Origin: Rebecca billardiae RCC1528
Lineage: Eukaryota > Protista > Haptophyta
Reading direction: 5' to 3'
DNA length: 64,000 nucleotides
Assembly (NCBI GenBank): GCA_965240325.2
Contig: OZ251250.1
Coordinates: forward strand, 62,001-126,000
Of this stretch, positions 56,627-64,000 are shown piece after piece. The position numbers were made by a program, and so were the translations under genes. A model generated the notes under the pieces. That model had not been told where the DNA came from. It did not search any database and worked only from the letters and a program-made list of their open reading frames with translations. The stretch's first letter is position 1, and every line of letters starts with the position of its first letter.

Positions 56627-59157
56627 CGAAACACGCTCGGGCGGAGGCGCGCGGTGGACGGCGCGCGGGGCGCGCCGGGGCGCTCTCGGTCCGGGCGGAT
56701 GACGCCGCGTGCGCGCGTGCGCTGCCGACAGGCGACGGGCCGCGCGCGCGTCTGCTCTGGGGCCAGTGGGCGGCGGGTGCCGCGTGCTCGGTGCGGCGAG
56801 GGGCGGCAGCGCTGCCACGCCTGGCCTGTCGGCCCGCGCCGGGCGGGGCTGCACGCCGGCCGCGTCGCGTGCCAGGCCATGCGCGCGGGTGGCACCCCGG
56901 AGGGGGGCGGCGGGCAGCGAGCGGACCCCGCGCCGTGTCGCGTGGTCAAGGTGGGTACCGCTGCAGACCATCGGCGTCGCCGCGTCGACTTCCCGGCCAC
57001 TTCCGTCATTATCATCGAGCCAGTCTCGCCGTGGACGAAGCGTGATGGCGGCGCATGGCCGCCCCGGCGCTCAGGCCTCGCTGGCTCCGACAGTCCGCTC
57101 TACTTCAAGGGCCCGCGGGCGAGGGCTTCGCGAATTAATCGGTCGCAGCCGTCTCGCCAATGGTCGTACGACGACTACGCAGGACTCAGACGAGTCGTCA
57201 CTACGACTCCGCGGATACATGATAAATATCATCATAGCCGAGTACTGATCACATAGTACTGTCATGCATCGGATCCCACCGTCTCACGGAAATGCTTGCT
57301 GCATGGCCGGGGAATCCGGGAATCGGTCTTTATCGGTGTCACACTCACGCCCCGGGTGTACCTCTCACGGCCGATGGCGGCCCCCACGTGCGCGAGGAAC
57401 GCGATTCCGGCGCTCCTCGGCGACCGGTGTCGGTGACTGACCCGGTGAGTGCAGGAATCCAGTTGCGGCGCTCGTCCGCCCCGTCATTGTCGCACACGAG
57501 GTACACCCAACACCATGTTTCGGATCCTAGAACTCTCCGCGCGCTCGCGCCCGCGCGGCGAGGCACTGGCAGGCTTGTTCTCATCATCTTGGCCAAGACT
57601 GCAGCAGCCTGCTAGATGCGCGAGGACGCGTGTGCACGCCTTTCCGCGCGTCATGGGTGCGTGTTGCACGCACCTTGTCGTCATCTACGCAGAGGAGGCT
57701 TGACCAACCGGCCCACCAACCTGCCGTGACCACGTTCAAATGCAGGCGGCAAGCTGCATGCGAGCGCACACAACGGAAACATCTCACGCTCGACAAGGAA
57801 GTGGTGGCGGACCGACAGGAGATGGTATCATTTGCAGTCCATCTGTCGTTCAACGATCCTGGTTCACCAACTGACACGGGCGCGACGCAGCCAAGGCAGA
57901 GTGCTTGCAGCTTGCAGCGCGCCCGCAACTACTGCGGTTTGCCGCCGCGGCGTGGCGATCGTCACACTGCCGTGCGGCGCTGCGAGTGACCTCTGTGTCA
58001 TGGCGAAGCAAGCAGCATGCCTTGGCAACACATCTCGCTACAGCTCAGCGCCCTAGCTGGCCTAGCTAGTACGAACATGCGCCGACGACGTGCCATCACT
58101 ACTCAGCAATCGCGCCGGCACCCAGCACCAGGCGGCACCAGCGGGCAAGCCGCAAGCCGCCATTTTACCCGCGTTTTGGCGAATGTCGCCGTTGGGCCCT
58201 CGTAGGTTGTATACGTATTGTGGAAACAAATCAGGCCGAGAATAACGGGACCGCGCCGCGCTGACGGTAGTCGTTAGATCTAACGACTACCGCGCGGTCA
58301 GTCAGTGGCAGACGCCGCCCGGTCATTAGAATGAGCACGCCTCGGCCGCGCCCGCGGTCGCGATCGGCGTCACGAGGCCGAGCGACGCCGGGTCTGCTGG
58401 CATCGCGGTGACTGAGACTATAGTGAATGAAGTGTCTGAAGTCGGATCCTGCCGCGGCTGCGCAGTGCGTCTGCTGGGGCCTGCGCTGTGGCCTGATTGA
58501 TGTGCGCAGCGGGCTGGCACTGTGGCGGGCCCGCGGTGACCGGTCGGCGCCCTAATCTCCGCCGCGGGACTCCGGACTCTCCGGAGCAGGCCGAACAGTC
58601 GATCCGACTCGAGTTGTCGACTAGCCGGAGTGAGTACGTGACAATACGTAGTATGTACAGTAGTCCGGTCTGCCGGGGGCGGGACTTGGCGGCGGACGTC
58701 ATCACTGGGCACCACTGCTGTCGATCTGCTGGCGCGCGGGATAGAGCTAGTCGTGTGACGATGATGATGATTAACTATCGCGGCCCGGTCCCGACCGGCC
58801 ACCGCGGGTCCGGGCCGGAGGCGGGCGACCGTCGGATGCGGCGGCCGCGGATCCAACGGCAGGGCCGCGCGCGCGCGCCGGACTCGGCCGCGAGGGCAGA
58901 CGTGCGCCACCGCTGCTGTGCCGCCCGTTTAATACTGTGAGTGGTTAACTACTCGGGATTACATCGCAGTCGCAGAGGCTTCGCTTCGTATGCTCATAAT
59001 AATGATGCTGCCCGCCGCGCGCCGCCGGACAGCGACCGGGCGAGGCTGCGCGTCCCGGTGATGCCGATGCCGATTGCCGGAGCACGGCCCCGGGCTGCGT
59101 GCGTATGCTGGGCTTGGTACACCCCGCCCGATCTCGCGGCCGCCTCGGTCGCGAGCA

Positions 59158-59215
59158 GCGATCTCGGGAGCGATCTCGGGAGCGATCTCGGGAGCGATCT
59201 CGGGAGCGATCTCGG
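59158..59215. repeat. 12-bp tandem repeat (GAGCGATCTCGG) x about 5
   Basis: Directly visible, just downstream of the P3-like stop codon. Confidence 0.9.
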
Positions 59216-59289
59216 CCGCTGCTGGCCGGCGAGCCCCGCCCGCAGCCGGCGCGGCCGATCGGAGCCTCCCGGCCCTCGGAGCGCGGCGC

Positions 59290-59622
59290 CTAGTCGAAGA
59301 GGTCGAAGCCCTGTGGTGCACACACGCGGCAGGTCGCGCACAGGTGACACCCGCACGGGCGCAACGAAGAACAATATAAAAAAAATGAATACACGCGGGC
59401 GCGCACGCGCCGCGCGCCGGGCGAGCGGCGCGTGAGGCTGACGCGGTGTGTGGTGCGCCGATGTTGCTCGCGCGGCCCGCGCCGAAGCCGCCGCCCCGAC
59501 GCACGCCCAGCACCACGCCCGCGCCCGCACGCACACGGCGCGCCCGCGCAGCAGCGGAAGGCGCGCGCGCGTGCCGTGTCCGCCTCCTCCTCCTCCTCCT
59601 CCTCAGGCTCCGGCGCAGCCTT

Positions 59623-59664
<42 letters not shown>

Positions 59665-59934
59665 GCCGCCCGGCGCGGCGGCCACGGCGGCGACGACGAG
59701 CCCGCCGATCGTCGCGGTGAACAGCGCCTTCTTCGGCGTGAGCTGGTTGCACGCCACGCGGCCGCCCGGCCCCTTTTTCGCCTCGACGAGCTCAAGCAAT
59801 TTCTTTTCGAGCTCGATGAGCGTCTCCGCCTCGGCGCTCTCGAGCTCGGCGGCCGGGTTGTCCTCGATCTTGAGCGGCGCGCCGCTCCATCCGCCCGCGC
59901 CCTTTGTGCACGCAAAGTGGAAGCACTCCGCCAT
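59290..59934 (-). CDS. 60S acidic ribosomal stalk protein P3-like (exons 59575-59934 and 59290-59310)
   Basis: MAECFHFACTKGAGGWS...ELESAEAETLIELEKKL...LTPKKALFTATIGG, Gly/Ala hinge, and EEEEEEEADT|GFDLFD* after splicing a GC-AG intron. Confidence 0.8.
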
Positions 59935-60194
59935 CGTGTGTCGCGCGCGCCGAGTCGAGCGTGCTGCGCCCCGCCTCGCTCTGCGCTGGGAGAGCTCTGT
60001 CGACGTATCAAGCCGGTCCGGTGCTTCGCCATGGCCGCGCAAGAAGTCCGGCGACCGCTGCCGCCCGCGCCCGGACTCCGTATCCCGAGCTGGCGAGCTC
60101 AAAGCTGAGAGCCCGGGTGATGGCGGCGGCGGCGATGGCGGCGCCGCTGGGCTAGCCATCGAGCCCACGATCCAAGCGCGCAGCCCGCGGAGCG

Positions 60195-60516
60195 ATGGAC
60201 GCGGGCGCCGGCGCCGCCGACGGTCCGGGCGCATCGAACCCAGCGCCGCGCACCGTCGCGCAGTGCTACCTCGACCTCGCCGCCGCGGCGCGGCCGCCGC
60301 CGCAGCGCGCGGCCGCGGAGCGCGCGCGCGCCGTGCGCGCCGCCGCCGGCGCGCGCGCCGCGCGCGTCGCGCCCGCGGCGCGTCGCGCGGACAAGGGGCT
60401 GCCGCTCGAGCCCGAGCCCACGTACGCGCTCCCCTCCGCCGACTACGTCCGCCGCTACCGCGCGTACGCGCGCGCCCGCCTCCTCGCCGCCGACGCGGAG
60501 CGTTCGGATGACGACC

Positions 60517-60574
<58 letters not shown>

Positions 60575-61164
60575 GCGCGCGGGCTGGGGCGCGGAGCCGG
60601 CGGACGACGGCGGGAGCGAGCTGGCCGACTGGTTCGGCGCGACCCTCTGCATGCTCGTCGTCGGCGCCGCCGTCATCATCGCCGCCGGCCTCCTGCTGCG
60701 ACAGCGCGAGGCGACGGCGGCGCCGCCGCTGCCGCCATTGGGCGGCGGTGGCGGCGCGGGCGGCGGCGGCGAGCGTGCCGCGCTGCGCGCTGGGGACGCG
60801 GTGGCGTGGGCGCTCGGCGGGCCGGGCGGCGCGTGGCTCGTGCCCGTGCTCGTCGCGTCCGACGGCACGCCGCTCCTCGACTGCGCACAGCCGCGCCAAG
60901 CCGCGCCGCCGGCCGGCGGCGGCGGCGCCGGGGCGGCGGCTGCGGCGGCCGAGGCGGCGGCGGCGGCGCTCGCGCGTGGCTGCTGCGGCGGCGGCGGCGC
61001 GGCGCTCGGCGCAGCGGAGGGCGCGGGCGTGGGCGCGGCGGAGGCCGCCATCCTCGCGCCACTCGGCGACGTCGACGGCGACGGCTGGGCCGACCTGCTC
61101 GTGCTGCGCCCGGCGCGGCCGCCGACGGCGGGCGGCGGCGCGGCAGGCGACTCGGCCGCCGAGC

Positions 61165-61223
<59 letters not shown>

Positions 61224-63847
61224 GGCGGCGGCGGCGCGGAGGCGGCAGATGTGACGGCCGCGTGCGTGTGCTTCTCGCCGCGCGCGCCGGGCGGCGCGCG
61301 CGGCGCGTACGTGCCCGTCCTCGCCGCGCCCGACGCGGGGCGCCCCGCGCTCCCGCCCGCCGCCGTCGCGGCCGCGGTGCGCGCCGCGCGCGCGCTGCTG
61401 CCGCTGCCGCCGAGGGCGCGCGGGCGGCGGCGGCGCGCGGACGGGGCGGGCGGCGGAGGCGGCGTTGGTGGCGCGGGTGGTGGGGCGGCTGGCGAGGGGG
61501 CGGGCGGCGGCGTGGCGGTGCCGCTGCTGCTCGGCCTCGCCCCGCCAGCACCGAACGGCACCGCCGCCTCTCCCGGACTCCCTCCCGGACTCCCTCCCGG
61601 ACTCCCGGACTCGGCGCCGCCGCCCGCCGCCGGCTGGCCGCCGCTGTGGCGCGCTGTGCTCGCGCCACTGAGCGCCGGCGCGGAGTCCGGGAGTCCGGGA
61701 GAGTCGGCGGGGCTGGGGCCGGGGCGGCTGCCGCGCCTCGCGCTCTGGCTCGCGCCGCTGTGGCCACCGGAGGCTGACGGCGGTGGCGCGGCCGACGCCG
61801 ATGACACAGCAGCAGCGCTGATCAATATCAGCATGGCCGCCGCCGTCAGCGCGGCCGGCGGCGGCGGCGCGCGGCCGGCGGCGGGGGCCGCCGCCGCCGC
61901 CGGTGGCGGCGAGAGTGGCGCGCAGCCGCGTGTGCCGCCCAGCGAGGCGGCGGGTGCGCGCCGTGCGCTCGCCGCCCTCCGCGCGGGCGTGGTTGCCCTC
62001 GCCGCTCTCCCGGACTCGGTGCTCCCGGACTCGGCGCTCCCGGACTCTGACGAACCCGAGAGCGCCGGACCGCGGCCGGCGGCGGTGGCGCTGTGCACGG
62101 CGGGCGGCGAGCTGCTGCTGCTGCGCGCGCGCGACGGCGGCGCACGCAGCGCCCTGCCGGGGCCCGCCGCCACCGCCGCTGGCTGGGCGTCTGCACTTGG
62201 CTCAGTGGCGCTGCTGCCGCCTGTCAGCATGGCTGCCGGCAGCATGGCTGCCGGCGGCGGTGGTGGTGACGGCGACGGCGCGGCGGAGGGCGCGGCGGGG
62301 GCGGGGCGCGGGGATGGCTGCGCGCTCGCGGCGCTGCCGGCCGCGGCGCTGCCTGCCGCGCCGGCGCACGCGGCGGCACTGCTCGCCGTCGGCCGCCCGG
62401 TGCGCGCGCGCGCGCCGGCCGCACGCGCGCGCCGCGCGGCTGCGCGCACCGCCGCGGCCGCGCGGCGCGCGCGCGCCCGCCGCGCCGCCCGCCCGCGGCG
62501 GCGCGCGCGCCTCTCCCGCGTGGCTGGCCGCCCGCCCCGGCGGCGGCGCCCTGAGCTCGCCCCCGCCCGCCGCGCCGCCCCCGCCCCCCGCGCGCCGCGG
62601 CGTCCGCTCAGGGCGCGCACGGCGGCGAAGGTTCCGTGAAACTTCTCTGGCTGAGCGCGCGCGGCGCGCTGCTGCAACCGCCCGCCGCCGTGCGCGGCCC
62701 GCGTGCGGCGGCGGCGGCTGTGGCGGTGGCGGCCGGTGGAGCTCGTGCCGAGCGGCCGCACCCGCCACAGCCGCGGGGCGCCGCGGCCGATGCCGGCGCC
62801 GTGCACGCGAGCGGCGCGGCCGCGGCGCCATGCCGCGGCGCGGCGGCGCGCGGCGGCGGCACTGTCAGCGGCTTCGGCGCCGCGCTGGTGGCGGTGCCGC
62901 CCAGCGGCGTGCTGCGCTCGGCGATGCTTCTGATCGGCGCAAGCGGTGGCGGCGGTGCGGCCGTCGGCGGCGGCGCGGCCGCGCGGCCGGCGGCGGCAAA
63001 GCCCTCGGCCGCCGCGCCGCCGACAGCCGGCGCCGAGGCGGCGGCGGGCGCGGGCGCGGGCGGCCCTTCGGATCCCCCGGATACTCCGGATACTCATACG
63101 GGTATTACTCTGGATCTACCCTCGCCGGCGGCCGAGCTGGGGGCGGGGGGCGTGTTCGCTCTCACGCTGCGCGCGGACGGCGGCGGCGCGGCCGCGCCGC
63201 CGTGCGCCGTGCGCTGCGGCGGCGCGGACGGCGGCGGCGGCGGCGGCGCCACCGCCGCCGCCGCGTGCGCGGAGCGCGCCGCGGCCGCACGCGCGCGCTG
63301 CGCGGGCGCGCCGCCGGCCGGCGCGCCGCCTGCTGCCGACGGCGGCGCGGAGGCCGGCGCGGCTGGGGTGGGGGGCGGCCCGGGTCCGCAGGCGCGCGGA
63401 GCAAGCGGCGGCGATGGCCCGGCCAAGGGAGATACGATCTCCCTTAAGGGAGATAGTATCTCCCTTGGCCAGGCCCCTGAAGCGCCGCCGCTCTCGCGCG
63501 CCGCCGCCCTCGGCGTCGTGGCGCTGTGCGCGGCCGGCGGCGGCGGCAGCCATGCGGCTGCTGCTGCTGCTGCGCAGCATGCTCGCACCGCGCCGCCGCC
63601 GCCGCCGCCGCCGCCAGCCGCCGCCGCCGCGGACGGGTCGGACGGCGGCGACGCGCTGACGACAGTCACAGCGGCCGCGGCATTGAAGACTCCGACTCCG
63701 CCTCCGAGTCCGGCCATGGCGGCGCCCTCGGCCGCTGAGCCACAGCCCAGGGCTGATGGGTCGGGTGCCCACGGCATGACGGCAGTCCACGCCGCCGGCC
63801 CACTACGCCGCCGCCGACGACGACGACTGCTGACACTACGACGGTGA
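60195..63847 (+). CDS. Large Gly/Ala/Pro-rich putative membrane protein with an FG-GAP-like motif (probable intron about 62400-62610)
   Basis: Long ORFs 60195-62639 and 62636-63847; TM segment WFGATLCMLVVGAAVIIAAGLLL; LAPLGDVDGDGWADLLV; long CGG (poly-Gly) tracts. Gene model uncertain. Confidence 0.45.
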
Positions 63848-64000
63848 CGCAGACGCCGACGATCCGACATCCGTCTGTCAGCCAGGCTGCCAGGCGCCGC
63901 GGCCCGCGGACGACTCTTGTTCTTACTACGCCAATATATGGGGGTACAGGCCTCGCAGGCGGACGGCTGAACGCATTTTCCGGCGCGGCGCAGCCATGGC

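Noticed and set aside
57270-58240. Lower-GC segment as a gene or transposon; similarly 2440-2810, 5270-5660 and 15300-15950
   Set aside because: No termini, target duplications or recognisable protein motifs found by eye.

Overview
Very GC-rich eukaryotic DNA. The introns are (GC/CA)n-rich and several use GC-AG boundaries, which suggests a haptophyte-like alga (inference). A backbone of intron-containing housekeeping genes (3' end of an eIF2D-like gene, FOP/CEP43-like, RAD54, secreted alpha carbonic anhydrase, a multi-pass membrane protein, DUF2009/UPF0652, SAP30-like, a plant-type ribosomal P3-like protein, and a Gly/Ala-rich FG-GAP-motif protein) is interrupted by 13 intronless, co-oriented minus-strand genes. 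These encode an F-box-like motif plus an RCC1-repeat propeller, and five also carry an N-terminal RING-H2-like finger. They lie at 5.8-10.9 kb (3 copies) and 21.9-53.1 kb (10 copies). The copies share a conserved scaffold, vary heavily at the same loop positions in each repeat, and are mosaics of each other. Some are truncated or frameshifted. Five separate insertions sit 40-270 bp upstream of their start codons: three TIR/foldback elements, an (AT)n insert, and an 8.7-kb nested palindromic element carrying a 214-bp satellite, a foldback, a MITE and a MULE relic. The best candidate for a new system is this diversifying ubiquitin-ligase receptor repertoire. Its function is inferred, not shown.
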